A model generated the notes under the pieces. The model did no database searches and had not been told where the DNA came from. It saw only the letters and a list, made by a program, of their open reading frames with translations. Of a stretch of DNA of 64,000 bases, positions 38,444 to 48,054 are shown piece after piece. Source of the stretch: a virus. Taxonomy: Duplodnaviria; Caudoviricetes. How positions within the stretch are numbered: the stretch's first letter is position 1; every line of letters starts with the position of its first letter. The position numbers and the translations under genes were made by a program. The stretch lies in the IMG/VR virus record IMGVR_UViG_3300028549_000249, positions 1 to 64,000 of that record. One strand, 5' to 3'.

Positions 38444-39712
38444 ATGACTACCAAGCGCAGAAAAGAAATCGAAATACCAGCCGACATCCTTGAGCTAGAA
38501 AAGGCTTCAGCTAAATTACACGGGGAAGGGGTGGTGGTTCGCGGAAAGAATAAGAAGCTGGCTAACCATATCCCTACTGGTGTGTTCATCCTCGATTTTG
38601 CCCTCCTAGGAGGTGTGGCTCAGGGATACGTCGCCATGGTTTATGGCTATCACTCGTGCGGGAAGACCACGCGACTCCACGGGATCATCTCTGAGTTCCA
38701 GAAGAAGCATCCTACTCAGTGGGTCGGTCTCATCGACGCCGAGGGAATGTATGATCCTGTGTGGGCTGAGAAGAATGGAGTCAACCCAGACCGCCTTATC
38801 GTCTCGCAGCCTGAATACGGCGAGCTTGCTGTGGACGTCTATGAGGACATGCTGTCACGGCCAAGCATCGGCCTGATCATCATCGACTCCATTCCTCACG
38901 TTGTCCCGATGAAGATCATCGAAAACAGCGCCGAGGATGACACCATGGCCGCGCCTGCTCGTCTCATGGGTAAGTTGTGCTCGAAGCTCACTATGGGTAA
39001 TAACAAGGAGCGCAAACTGGGACACTGGGTCACGACCCTGTTAGTCAATCAGTGGCGGATGAAGGTCGGATTCGTGCTGGGGAATCCTCAGACGCTTCCC
39101 GGAGGCATCCAGCTCAACCACATCCCCACCACCAAGATTGAGTTCAAGAAGAAGAAAACCCACCTAGGCAAGGACCGCTACGGTAACGAATGCGCGGTGA
39201 TGGATGAGTGCTCTTTCAAGCTGGAGAAGGTCAAGCACGGCCAATCACTTCGCTCTGGGGAGTATCAGTTGTATCTAACAGATGACAACGAGGATGGGAT
39301 GCGCGAGGCCCAAGTGGACAACGTGCCTACCGTCGTGGTGTTCGGCAAGAAGATGGGATTCATCACAGGGGGTGGTCAGAGCTGGAAGCTCCTCACAGAG
39401 GATCTCGAAGCCAAGGTCGCCCGTGCCGTCGCTGAGTTGAAGGCGAGAAACCTCAAGAACAAAAAGGAGACCACCGCCGCTGAGCTGAAGGCTGTAGCTG
39501 ATGCTGCTAACTGCTTCACCAAGTTCCCCAGCCTCGACGGGATCAAGAAATATCTGTCCTCCGATGAGGAGGAATACCTCACCCTCGCCCGCTCCCTTAT
39601 CGCAGCGCAGCGTGTGGCTAAAGGACTACCCGCCCTACCTCCCGATGGTTACTTGTTGGGGATTGGTCGCCTAGTCGAAGCTCCGCAGGTTGAGAGTATC
39701 GTCTCTGAGTGA
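38444..39712 (+). CDS. recA: RecA/UvsX-like recombinase
   Basis: IPTG...LDFALLGG, GYHSCGKTT, IDAEG..D, IIIDSI, LVNQ.R, PGG. Confidence 0.9.
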   Translation: MTTKRRKEIEIPADILELEKASAKLHGEGVVVRGKNKKLANHIPTGVFILDFALLGGVAQGYVAMVYGYHSCGKTTRLHGIISEFQKKHPTQWVGLIDAEGMYDPVWAEKNGVNPDRLIVSQPEYGELAVDVYEDMLSRPSIGLIIIDSIPHVVPMKIIENSAEDDTMAAPARLMGKLCSKLTMGNNKERKLGHWVTTLLVNQWRMKVGFVLGNPQTLPGGIQLNHIPTTKIEFKKKKTHLGKDRYGNECAVMDECSFKLEKVKHGQSLRSGEYQLYLTDDNEDGMREAQVDNVPTVVVFGKKMGFITGGGQSWKLLTEDLEAKVARAVAELKARNLKNKKETTAAELKAVADAANCFTKFPSLDGIKKYLSSDEEEYLTLARSLIAAQRVAKGLPALPPDGYLLGIGRLVEAPQVESIVSE

Positions 39713-40278
39713 CTCACTCCATGGCTGAGATAGAGCTAACGATGGGTGAGTTTTTCCGCTTTGCACAAAACAAACACGAAGACCTCTGCTCGGTAAAAGG
39801 ATGTCGAAACAAGCGCAAGCCTGATCGACGTCTTTGCTGTCGGTGTCACATGAAACTGTGGCGGGCCAGAAATCCTATGCGGGCAGCCTATCACGCTCTG
39901 AAACATGGAGCCAAGAGCCGGAAGATTAAGTTCACAATAACATTCGATGACTTCAAAGAAATATGCACGAACACTGGTTATCTAGCAGGAAGAGGCCAGT
40001 CACCCTCCGATCTCCACATGGATAGGATAAACCCTAATAGGGGTTATGAGGTTGACAACCTTCAGGTTCTAACTTGTTCCGAAAATTCTAGGAAGGGGGC
40101 TACCGAGAGGTGGGTTACTTTGAAGTCAGGGAAGAAGATTCGACTGTGCGACATCCACCTAGGCGTTCCTGCCGTGGTGGATGAAATACCGGAAGAGGAC
40201 GAAGACGATGACCTCCCTATGTGGATGAAGGAGCCAACAAGCAAGCCTAGAGTTCTAACAGATAGTGAGCCGTTTTAG
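39709..40278 (+). CDS. HNH-type endonuclease
   Basis: LHMDRINPNRGYEVDNLQVLTCSENSRKG. Confidence 0.7.
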   Translation: MTHSMAEIELTMGEFFRFAQNKHEDLCSVKGCRNKRKPDRRLCCRCHMKLWRARNPMRAAYHALKHGAKSRKIKFTITFDDFKEICTNTGYLAGRGQSPSDLHMDRINPNRGYEVDNLQVLTCSENSRKGATERWVTLKSGKKIRLCDIHLGVPAVVDEIPEEDEDDDLPMWMKEPTSKPRVLTDSEPF

Positions 40279-40279
40279 T

Positions 40280-40630
40280 ATGAAAGAACCAAAGAGACTC
40301 AAAGGCATGCACTCGGTCAGCCATGCGCGTTCCCGAAACCAAGAGCGTGCTCTAGCCAAAGCAGCTAACGGGCGTATCACCCGTGGTTCCGGTAATGGGT
40401 TCGAGAAGGGTGACGTCAGGGTGAAGGGTGTCTGTAGGATCGAAGCGAAGACCACTCAACACAAATCGTTCTCTGTCACCCGTGAGATGATCGACAAAAT
40501 TGAACAGGCAGCAATATCCGCTGGCGAGCTTCCCGTGATCGTGGTTGAATTTATAGACGCGAAAGGAAAGCCAGAGGCTTCCGCCGTAGTGATGCCAGCG
40601 TGGGCGTTAGATTTAATAACACAAAAATGA
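40280..40630 (+). CDS. PD-(D/E)xK Holliday junction resolvase-like nuclease
   Basis: QE..LA, GSG...KGDV, IEAKTT, PVIVVEF. Confidence 0.75.
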   Translation: MKEPKRLKGMHSVSHARSRNQERALAKAANGRITRGSGNGFEKGDVRVKGVCRIEAKTTQHKSFSVTREMIDKIEQAAISAGELPVIVVEFIDAKGKPEASAVVMPAWALDLITQK

Positions 40631-41583
40631 AACTGCTAAGAAATCTCCAAGCTCAGGTCGCAGGTAAGTCGCGGCGAGCCAAGGCAAGAGGCGAGAAGGT
40701 AGAATCCGCTCCGGTTATCGACAACTACGTCGAGGACGGGTTCGTCACTCGTGAAGTCTGGAAGGCCGACTGTAAAGCAGAGAAGTCCCGTGGCGGCACC
40801 GGATACACTCACGGCTCCTCCCTCATTAACATGTGCGCAAGAAAGCACGCTCTGATGGCGCTGTTAGGTTCAGGCTATAAGCCCGTCCGCTCGGCAGACC
40901 GACTGCTCTGGGCCATCGGCAGGGCGGTTGAGAAGCACATCCGCACGGCCTTCATCGGTCAGGTCAAAGGTGCTGGAGTGATAGGCGTGTGGTCCTGTCG
41001 GTGTGGAAAGACCACTGATACGGGTTTTTGTCCGTCGGTCAAAATTAAGTGCTCGTGCTGCGGGCTGAAGCTGTCGAGCTATGGGGAGCTTACTGTGTTC
41101 GACCACGAGAATCGCATCGTGGGAAACCCCGACCTGCTCTACGCTAGGCCAGATACTAACAAGGTGCGCGTGAATGAAATCAAGTCGATGAACAAGAAGG
41201 ACTTCGACTCTCTTACCACACCCAAAGGGGACCATGTATGGCAGGGTCTCATCTATCGGAGGCTGCTTGAAATCAACGATGTTGACGTTGATGATTCAGT
41301 TGCGATCATCTACGGATGCAAGGACTACTCATTCAAAGGATCACCCTACAAGGAGTATACCGTCAAGGTAACCAAGCAGCACGAGGAGAACCTTGATAGG
41401 ATGTGGGAGAAGGCGGGAGTGGTCGCTGAGTTTGTGGCTGCACTCAAACTCGGTGAAGAGACCAAAGAGATGTCGAAGCACCAGAAGCCGCTCCCTTCCC
41501 GCATACCTCAATGCTCCGCCGCTACCACAACCACAGCCAAGGGGTGCGATCAATGCTCCGCCTGCTTCTCACTAAAACAATGA
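40627..41583 (+). CDS. Cas4/AddB-like PD-(D/E)xK exonuclease
   Basis: CARK, GNPDLL, VNEIKS, QGLIY, C-terminal CSAA...CDQC..C cluster. Confidence 0.7.
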   Translation: MKLLRNLQAQVAGKSRRAKARGEKVESAPVIDNYVEDGFVTREVWKADCKAEKSRGGTGYTHGSSLINMCARKHALMALLGSGYKPVRSADRLLWAIGRAVEKHIRTAFIGQVKGAGVIGVWSCRCGKTTDTGFCPSVKIKCSCCGLKLSSYGELTVFDHENRIVGNPDLLYARPDTNKVRVNEIKSMNKKDFDSLTTPKGDHVWQGLIYRRLLEINDVDVDDSVAIIYGCKDYSFKGSPYKEYTVKVTKQHEENLDRMWEKAGVVAEFVAALKLGEETKEMSKHQKPLPSRIPQCSAATTTTAKGCDQCSACFSLKQ

Positions 41584-42170
41584 ACACCATACTCGCATTC
41601 GACCAGTCGCTTACTTCCACCGGAGTGTGCGTGCTTGCTAACAATTATAGGATGTCTGATACCTTGACTCCGAAAGACCTGAAGGGAATCCCTAGACTAT
41701 CGTGGTTCTCGAATCAGGTAAGGTTGCTTCTCGAACAGACCAAGCCGGTAGCCGTTGTCATGGAGGGTTACTCGTTCGGTTCCAAGTTCTCTCAGCCACA
41801 CTCACTGGGCGAACTTGGAGGGGTGATTAAGCTGGTGATCAATGACTGGGCGGAGTCTAGCCCATCGACTGCATTCTACCTCATCCCTCCTACCACACTG
41901 AAGAAATTCGTTTCGGGGAAGGGCACCTCGAAGAAGCAGGAAGTCCTGATGCACATCTACAAGAGATGGGGGATTGAGTTTTCAGATGACAACAAGGCGG
42001 ACGCCTTCGCCCTCGCACTCGCTGGCTGGTGCCTATACTACGGAATGTTGCCAGATCCGTTCGGCTCGACTCTCAACAAAGAGATGGCTGCATGCTTACC
42101 CGTAGGGCTATACGAGCCTTTAGTGGTCCCCTCAACGCCCGTGAGGAGGAGGTCACGAAAAGCACTCTAA
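41580..42170 (+). CDS. ruvC: RuvC-like Holliday junction resolvase
   Basis: ILAFDQSLTSTGV, VVMEG, LGELGG, P.TLKKF..GKG..KK, DDNKADA. Confidence 0.85.
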   Translation: MNTILAFDQSLTSTGVCVLANNYRMSDTLTPKDLKGIPRLSWFSNQVRLLLEQTKPVAVVMEGYSFGSKFSQPHSLGELGGVIKLVINDWAESSPSTAFYLIPPTTLKKFVSGKGTSKKQEVLMHIYKRWGIEFSDDNKADAFALALAGWCLYYGMLPDPFGSTLNKEMAACLPVGLYEPLVVPSTPVRRRSRKAL

Positions 42171-42218
42171 CAGATGCAAATTATATGCAACAACGATTTC
42201 TGTTAGACCAAACCCCCT

Positions 42219-42376
42219 AAACCGTCAAATTCTACCCGTGGAACTGAAAACCCACATGTTCCACGAAAATCGATACCCCTAGATTGCTCTAGGATTGCTC
42301 AGGCCGCATCGACCCCTCTGTCTGGGATGGGTTGTCGGAATTTGAAAACAAAACGATCCTGGACGAAATCGACTTT
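42219..42376. repeat. long direct repeat, copy 2
   Basis: 78 bp identical to 20754-20831 plus the conserved downstream block. Confidence 0.95.
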
Positions 42377-42552
42377 TTGTTAGACTAACAGACAATCATG
42401 ACCTTTTCCTGTTAGAAGAAATTTGACCGTCGGTCAAATAATTGAAAATAATCCTTGCAAAGGTTCCCGCGCTACGTTATCAATTTTCCCGTCGGTGGTC
42501 CCGTTCCCATCACACCAATCAGAAGAGCGGAAATCATAAAACAAACACTACC

Positions 42553-43647
42553 ATGGCTAAGCCCACAAGTAAGCAGGAGTTCCAAAACGGAACTGAAGTC
42601 ACGTTCGCAGGTTACGCAGCAGACGCCGAGGGCGGCGAGTTGCGTGCTGGCGATTCTCTAGTCATCCTCGGATTCGATAAGAATGATGAGGTCTACAATG
42701 TCGAGCGCAAGTCCGACGGGATGAAGGATTCCCTCTACCCCGACGAGTTCACCGTCGCTGCCGCCACCGCTACCGCCAAGAAGGGTGCCGCGAAAGTTGA
42801 AACCAAGGCCGCACCGAAAGCCGAAGCCAAGGCAAAGCCTGAGGCGAAGCCCGTCGTGAAGACCGAGGCGAAAGCTGAAGCGAAGCCTGCGAAGCCTAAC
42901 AAGGCTGAGAAGAAGGCCGCTCCTGTCGTGGTCGAGAAAGAGGAAGAAGAAGAAGAGGAAGAAGAAACCTACGTTCCTCAGCCGAAGTTCAAGGCCACGG
43001 TCTCTGTTACCGCTGCGGTCAAAGAAGCTGAGGGCGATTACCTCAAGGCCGCTCATGACCTCGCCGAGAAGGAAGCATGGACCAAGTTCACGTTCGGTGG
43101 CGTTCTCTCGAAGATCAAACGCGAGAACCTCCAAGTGACTATCATGTCAGACGAGAACGATGCGGAAGGAAACCCCATTCCGCTCTACACCGCTGACCTG
43201 TCAGGCTTCAACAGCTACGTCCGCGATGAGTTGAACGTCCATGACCGCAAGGCTCACAGCCTCGTGAACATCTACGAGAAGTTCTCGCAGATCACGACTG
43301 AAGCCAAGCTCAACAAGGTCGGTTGGACCAAGCTCCGCGAGCTGCTCCCTCTCGAACTCGACAAGGAAAACGTGGACGAATGGCTTACCAAGGCCAAGGA
43401 CCTCCACACCTCCGACCTCCACGAGAGCGTTACGAAGACGCTTGTGGATTCCGGCACCGAAGTTCATGGTAAACGCCTCATGGCAGAGCAAGTGTCCTTC
43501 AAGTTCATCCTCTTCCAAGATCAGGGTGAAATGCTGAAGGAGGCCCTCGCCGAAGCCAAGAAGGTGATCGGCGAGGAGCAAACCGATTCCATGGCGCTCA
43601 ACCACATCATCACCGAGTGGCTCGGTGCGCTTCAATCGGAAGGTTGA
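42553..43647 (+). CDS. putative DNA-binding protein: N-terminal beta domain, AKP/E-rich linker, poly-Glu, DUF3102-like C-terminus
   Basis: KAEAKP repeats, E8 tract, KVGWTKLRELL; own promoter and terminator. Confidence 0.5.
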   Translation: MAKPTSKQEFQNGTEVTFAGYAADAEGGELRAGDSLVILGFDKNDEVYNVERKSDGMKDSLYPDEFTVAAATATAKKGAAKVETKAAPKAEAKAKPEAKPVVKTEAKAEAKPAKPNKAEKKAAPVVVEKEEEEEEEEETYVPQPKFKATVSVTAAVKEAEGDYLKAAHDLAEKEAWTKFTFGGVLSKIKRENLQVTIMSDENDAEGNPIPLYTADLSGFNSYVRDELNVHDRKAHSLVNIYEKFSQITTEAKLNKVGWTKLRELLPLELDKENVDEWLTKAKDLHTSDLHESVTKTLVDSGTEVHGKRLMAEQVSFKFILFQDQGEMLKEALAEAKKVIGEEQTDSMALNHIITEWLGALQSEG

Positions 43648-43667
43648 TCCTAACGAAGAGAATAACC

Positions 43668-43704
43668 GGAGGCTCTACCGCTAACATGGTAGGGCCTCCC
43701 TTTT
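43668..43704 (+). terminator. intrinsic terminator
   Basis: GGAGGCTCTACC/GGTAGGGCCTCC stem then CTTTT; the loop contains CTAACA. Confidence 0.7.
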
Positions 43705-43713
43705 ATCAATACT

Positions 43714-44280
43714 ATGAAACTCTTCAATCAATGGAAACAACAGGCCGACCGCCTATATCGTGAGGTCTATATCCCCCACCTAGGCGACACCGAGCCTCAC
43801 CGCCATTGCCTGTTCAAGGCGATGAGTGTCATGCTGTCCGCTCCGGTTGCGGAGGGTGCAAACCCCATGTTTCAAGCTGGAACTGCTAGGTGGAGAATGC
43901 AGCCCGATGAGGTTGAGGGTAACACCCACTTCGCCTACAAGTTCATTAAGTCGGAGGCCATCGCGCTTCTCGCCCGTGGTTTCTTTCCTGAGATGCACTG
44001 CTGGGTCTATGACAAAGCTAGCAACTGGATCATCGATATGTCCGCGCCAGATCAGCCGAAGCAGGCGGAGTCGATAATTGGCTGCCAATGGTCGCCGAAG
44101 CTCCTCCCCTTGCCGACCTTCGAGATCGTGCAGGTTGATTCAACCCCTCAGGACAGATTCGCTTATCAGGCTGACGGCTTTGCGATGCAAGTCGCCTTCG
44201 ACCTCATCCGTCAGTTTCATTCTGAGATTGGTATCTCAGTCCCTAACATAAGGAGGGAGTATGCCAAAGTCCCCGCCTAG
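43714..44280 (+). CDS. hypothetical protein
   Basis: Open frame; HCLF...EMHCWV motif; family not recognised. Confidence 0.6.
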   Translation: MKLFNQWKQQADRLYREVYIPHLGDTEPHRHCLFKAMSVMLSAPVAEGANPMFQAGTARWRMQPDEVEGNTHFAYKFIKSEAIALLARGFFPEMHCWVYDKASNWIIDMSAPDQPKQAESIIGCQWSPKLLPLPTFEIVQVDSTPQDRFAYQADGFAMQVAFDLIRQFHSEIGISVPNIRREYAKVPA

Positions 44281-44797
44281 CAGCGAAAGGCTAGAGCATG
44301 ATGACCCTTCAGTCATTGTGGTTTACACCGATGGCTCATGTTGGCCAAACCCGAATGGTCTGGGAGGATGGTCCTTCTTCTGCTCATACTTGTCCAAGCA
44401 TGCAATCCGCTACGGATTCAGCGAGTCATCGACAAATAATGAGATGGAGTTGATGGCAATCCTTCACGCACTCCGCTACGTTCCGATCACCGACTCGCCG
44501 CTGGTGATCTACACCGACTCCAAGTATTGCAGGAATGCGATAACAGATTGGGTTATTGGCTGGAAGGAATCGGGGTGGAAGACCGCAAGTGGTAGCGATG
44601 TCAAGAACCTAGAAATCATCCAAGAGATCCACAACCTGTTCAACCATCACCTGTCGCACAGGCGGCTGGAGCTTAGATGGGTGCGTGGTCATTCTGGGAT
44701 ACCTGAGAATGAGTTAGTTGATCAGTGGGCTAACCACGGAAGAACTAACCAAGAGACTAACTGGAAACGATCTGACCACCGAACAAAATGTCCCTGA
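44261..44797 (+). CDS. rnhA: ribonuclease HI
   Basis: VYTDGSC.PNP..GGW, TNNEMELMA, YTDSKY, WVRGHSG..ENE.VD..A. Confidence 0.93.
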   Translation: MPKSPPSSERLEHDDPSVIVVYTDGSCWPNPNGLGGWSFFCSYLSKHAIRYGFSESSTNNEMELMAILHALRYVPITDSPLVIYTDSKYCRNAITDWVIGWKESGWKTASGSDVKNLEIIQEIHNLFNHHLSHRRLELRWVRGHSGIPENELVDQWANHGRTNQETNWKRSDHRTKCP

Positions 44798-46254
44798 AAC
44801 ATCCACCATTCGACCTCGACACGCTCGACCTGACTTACCTCCACAACGGGAAAAACACCAAGCAGATCCAGTGTGCTCACCTATCAATTTACCTCACCGC
44901 TTTGCTCACGCTCTCACATGGCCGAAGAGACTTGGTAGAGCTGGCTACGCTTTGGGCTTACTCGGCCTGCAAGGTGAACCTGTCGCCCGCGATCCAAGGC
45001 AAGTATCTTAGCGTGCAGACGGCTCAGGACTTCTACAATGGACTCCTAGATGAGATCCTTAGCCGTGGCGCGTCCGCAATGGTCCCTACGACCTATGGTG
45101 CTGACTCAGAGTTCAACGTGTGCTCCGTTCTCGTTAAGGCGGCTGCCGCCGTCCCAGATGAAGGGGCACCCGACTCCATGGGTTCAATGCTGGCAAAGGC
45201 AGGCATCACCAAAGATCAGGATGAGGTGTTCAAGTTCATAGGCAAGCTGTCGGGCGTCTCTGCCTATCTTGTCCGGCTGGTCCTCGAAGCCTGCCACTCG
45301 CCGACTGCCTACAAGGAAAGGATGACGGAAGCCTATCAGCTTGTGAATGAGGCGCTCCCCTCCACGTTCACTGGCTTGCCTACTAGCTTACTCAAGGTCG
45401 TGGCTGCATTGCAGTTTAAGACTTCACTCAAGGATGCGTGGGACGCTGCGGTTCCGGTGTTTTGCGGTAGTGCCGTGGACCTTCCACCTGCACTCAAGAA
45501 TACCAAACCACAGGCTAGGCGCGATAGGAGATGGAAGAGCGGGGACCTTGACGAGAAGCACATCGAGCTGAGGGATGTCCTAGCTGATAGGGAAGTTTCC
45601 GAGGCGTGCGCCGTCCTGTGTGAATCGTTCCAAGGGAAGCCTCAACACTCCATCCTGCTGGGGGCAACGGCAGCGGCGTTAGGTTACATCCGACACAATT
45701 ACGCTCAGTTTCTTCCGATGACTTTCATGTCACCGGAGGCATTCAAGAAATTCGAGGAGGACGGTAGGACAAAATCGGTCTGGGAGATCGCCGACAACGA
45801 AGGCATTGAGAATACGTGGCACCACCGACACTCCGATGCCCCGCTTAACGGTAGGGCGATCACTGACAAGAGGCTTTACGGTGAGCGCGGTGATTGGATT
45901 ACCCATGGGGTAATTACTCACAGAGGGATGACCGACCAGATAGGGACCCTCGCCTCCATGTATGGGAAGATCGCGATCACTTGGCGTCCGCACATCCTCG
46001 CGTTCTCTACGGTGTGCGTCAATGATTCCACCTGCGCACCTTTCGTGTTCCCCGCTGATAGGCGAAACCTAGATAGGCTCCTGCTTCCATGGGTGATGGC
46101 GAAGATGATGAACTGGGACGTTGCGCACAAACAGCTAGGTGCTCACATAGTTTATCCGTTCGCTGGCGTGCAGTCCTACCCTAACTTTGTGGAGTTCCAA
46201 GCTCATGCAAACCTTACCCTTAAGGACGTTCTCGACGTCATGGACCTCTGCTAG
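44788..46254 (+). CDS. hypothetical protein (488 aa)
   Basis: Long open frame; no motif recognised. Confidence 0.7.
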   Translation: MSLKHPPFDLDTLDLTYLHNGKNTKQIQCAHLSIYLTALLTLSHGRRDLVELATLWAYSACKVNLSPAIQGKYLSVQTAQDFYNGLLDEILSRGASAMVPTTYGADSEFNVCSVLVKAAAAVPDEGAPDSMGSMLAKAGITKDQDEVFKFIGKLSGVSAYLVRLVLEACHSPTAYKERMTEAYQLVNEALPSTFTGLPTSLLKVVAALQFKTSLKDAWDAAVPVFCGSAVDLPPALKNTKPQARRDRRWKSGDLDEKHIELRDVLADREVSEACAVLCESFQGKPQHSILLGATAAALGYIRHNYAQFLPMTFMSPEAFKKFEEDGRTKSVWEIADNEGIENTWHHRHSDAPLNGRAITDKRLYGERGDWITHGVITHRGMTDQIGTLASMYGKIAITWRPHILAFSTVCVNDSTCAPFVFPADRRNLDRLLLPWVMAKMMNWDVAHKQLGAHIVYPFAGVQSYPNFVEFQAHANLTLKDVLDVMDLC

Positions 46255-46301
46255 AATATCCTTGCAAAGGTTTCGGCTTTAGCTATACTAGGGTCAAGCG
46301 A

Positions 46302-47063
46302 ATGAAAGTAACTCCACAACTCGAAAAAGAACTAGCTCAGCTAAGGGACTGCATCGGCAATCCACCTTCAGACTACAAAGGTCTGTTAGAGATCCTCCCC
46401 GAGTCGCTGCGACCGTTCCTGTCCTTCGACTCGAAGTTGGGATGGGCGATGCTCAGGCATCCACTACTCTACTGCGTCCCTTTCCTCGGCCACAAATTTC
46501 AGCTTGATCAGATCACCCATAGAATCCCTATGCGTGAAGCCAAGATAAAGGAGTGCGCGGAGAAGGGTGACCTTGAGTCTATCATCTACTTGCACGAGAG
46601 ACCATACCGTGTGAACGCCCTGTTCAGCTACCGCCATGTAACGGCCAAGCTGAGCGATCCGCTTGCCGCCTTCTACACGGAAGTTGGTTCAGTCTGGATC
46701 GACTCCGAAAACATCTGGCAGGATAAGTCCGGCTGGTCCTCGGTGTGGGAGGAGGTTGCCAAGTCAGGCAAGGCCCACTTAACCATGGAGGAGAGTGACC
46801 GTGAATTTTTGACCGTCGTTCAAAATAGCGCGGTGGAGGGCCGCATCAGAGTATTTCGAGGCGCAGTCCGAGGACGAAACCATCGTGGCTTGTCGTGGAC
46901 AGTTGACCGGAAGATGGCTGCGTGGTTCTCTAAGCGTCTGCAAGACGGCAGGGTGTTCGAGCTGTCCGTCCCTCCCGATAATATCATTGCCGGATTCAAT
47001 GGCAGAAAAGAATCAGAGGTCGTGATCGACCCAAACTTTATCAGAAGAGCAAAACTAACCTAA
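46302..47063 (+). CDS. putative ADP-ribosyltransferase-fold protein (R-S-E)
   Basis: VFRGA...GLSWT....AAWF...KESEVVI. Confidence 0.55.
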   Translation: MKVTPQLEKELAQLRDCIGNPPSDYKGLLEILPESLRPFLSFDSKLGWAMLRHPLLYCVPFLGHKFQLDQITHRIPMREAKIKECAEKGDLESIIYLHERPYRVNALFSYRHVTAKLSDPLAAFYTEVGSVWIDSENIWQDKSGWSSVWEEVAKSGKAHLTMEESDREFLTVVQNSAVEGRIRVFRGAVRGRNHRGLSWTVDRKMAAWFSKRLQDGRVFELSVPPDNIIAGFNGRKESEVVIDPNFIRRAKLT

Positions 47064-47067
47064 CAAC

Positions 47068-47433
47068 ATGAGCTACGAACCAATAAAGACCGAGTTTCAA
47101 TACGGCGGTGATGACCTGAAGCAGATAACCCGCGATGGCGACTGGGCAGTATACTCTCGGATAACTCCCGGAATCAAAGACCCCAAGACAGCGTTTGAGG
47201 TCGTGATCATTCAACGAAGAGAGGAGAAGGTTTTCGAGAAGAAGGTTGACGGCAAGGTTCAGCGCGATGTCTATCCACCAGCCGAAGTCTATCCGTCTTC
47301 TAGTCAGTGGGGTCTGTTCGGGTGGACCTACATGGGAGACGAAGCGGGAGCCATCAAATACATGCGAGACAAGATGACTGCGAGATCCGTGGTCTCTGTA
47401 GCAATCCGCAAGCGTGAAAGGATAGTGCTATGA
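47068..47433 (+). CDS. hypothetical protein ending IRKRERIVL
   Basis: FEVVII...EVYPSSSQWGLFGWTY motif. Confidence 0.65.
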   Translation: MSYEPIKTEFQYGGDDLKQITRDGDWAVYSRITPGIKDPKTAFEVVIIQRREEKVFEKKVDGKVQRDVYPPAEVYPSSSQWGLFGWTYMGDEAGAIKYMRDKMTARSVVSVAIRKRERIVL

Positions 47434-48011
47434 GGCTCTCTATCACTCCAGTCCACAACTCGAAGTATGAGATCGGCGTGTTCATCCTCGCTTCCGTCAT
47501 GGTCCTAGAGCCGATAGCTAAGCGATACGGGTTCGAGGCTCTGGGGCCTAACCCCGCACTCACAATCGACGCGCTGCTCAACATCCTCCGTTGCTGTGCC
47601 GCCACCGTCCTAGTGCTGGATCTGGTTCTGTTCTTCATCACGGATACCGTGTATCGAAACCTATCAGAATACATCACTTGGCTGGCTGTTCACGCCGAGC
47701 TTAGCCAGAATGCGGAAGCCATAGCTCGTGTGGAGTTCGAGAGGGAGAGGATTTCATCTAACAACTTTCTCGTCACTCTAGCCCACAACGCGGAGTATGG
47801 GGCCAGTGAGGATCGCAGGGTGTCGCTTCAGATCGGCGTTATGTGCACCATCTTCTCCTGCCTCCTGTTTATGGATGCAGGGAAGCCGTGGGAGTGTGCA
47901 TGGTGGATAGGAGCACTCGCGCTCCGGTTCTTGGTGATAGCAATAGCACAGTCCGCTTTCCGAGAAGCTCACGACATAGCCACGGCGCTATTCGAGGACT
48001 CTAACAGTTGA
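47430..48011 (+). CDS. multi-pass membrane protein
   Basis: About four hydrophobic segments. Confidence 0.55.
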   Translation: MRLSITPVHNSKYEIGVFILASVMVLEPIAKRYGFEALGPNPALTIDALLNILRCCAATVLVLDLVLFFITDTVYRNLSEYITWLAVHAELSQNAEAIARVEFERERISSNNFLVTLAHNAEYGASEDRRVSLQIGVMCTIFSCLLFMDAGKPWECAWWIGALALRFLVIAIAQSAFREAHDIATALFEDSNS

Positions 48012-48054
48012 AATAATCCTTGCAAAGGTTTCAGCTTTAGTTCATCCTACGTGT

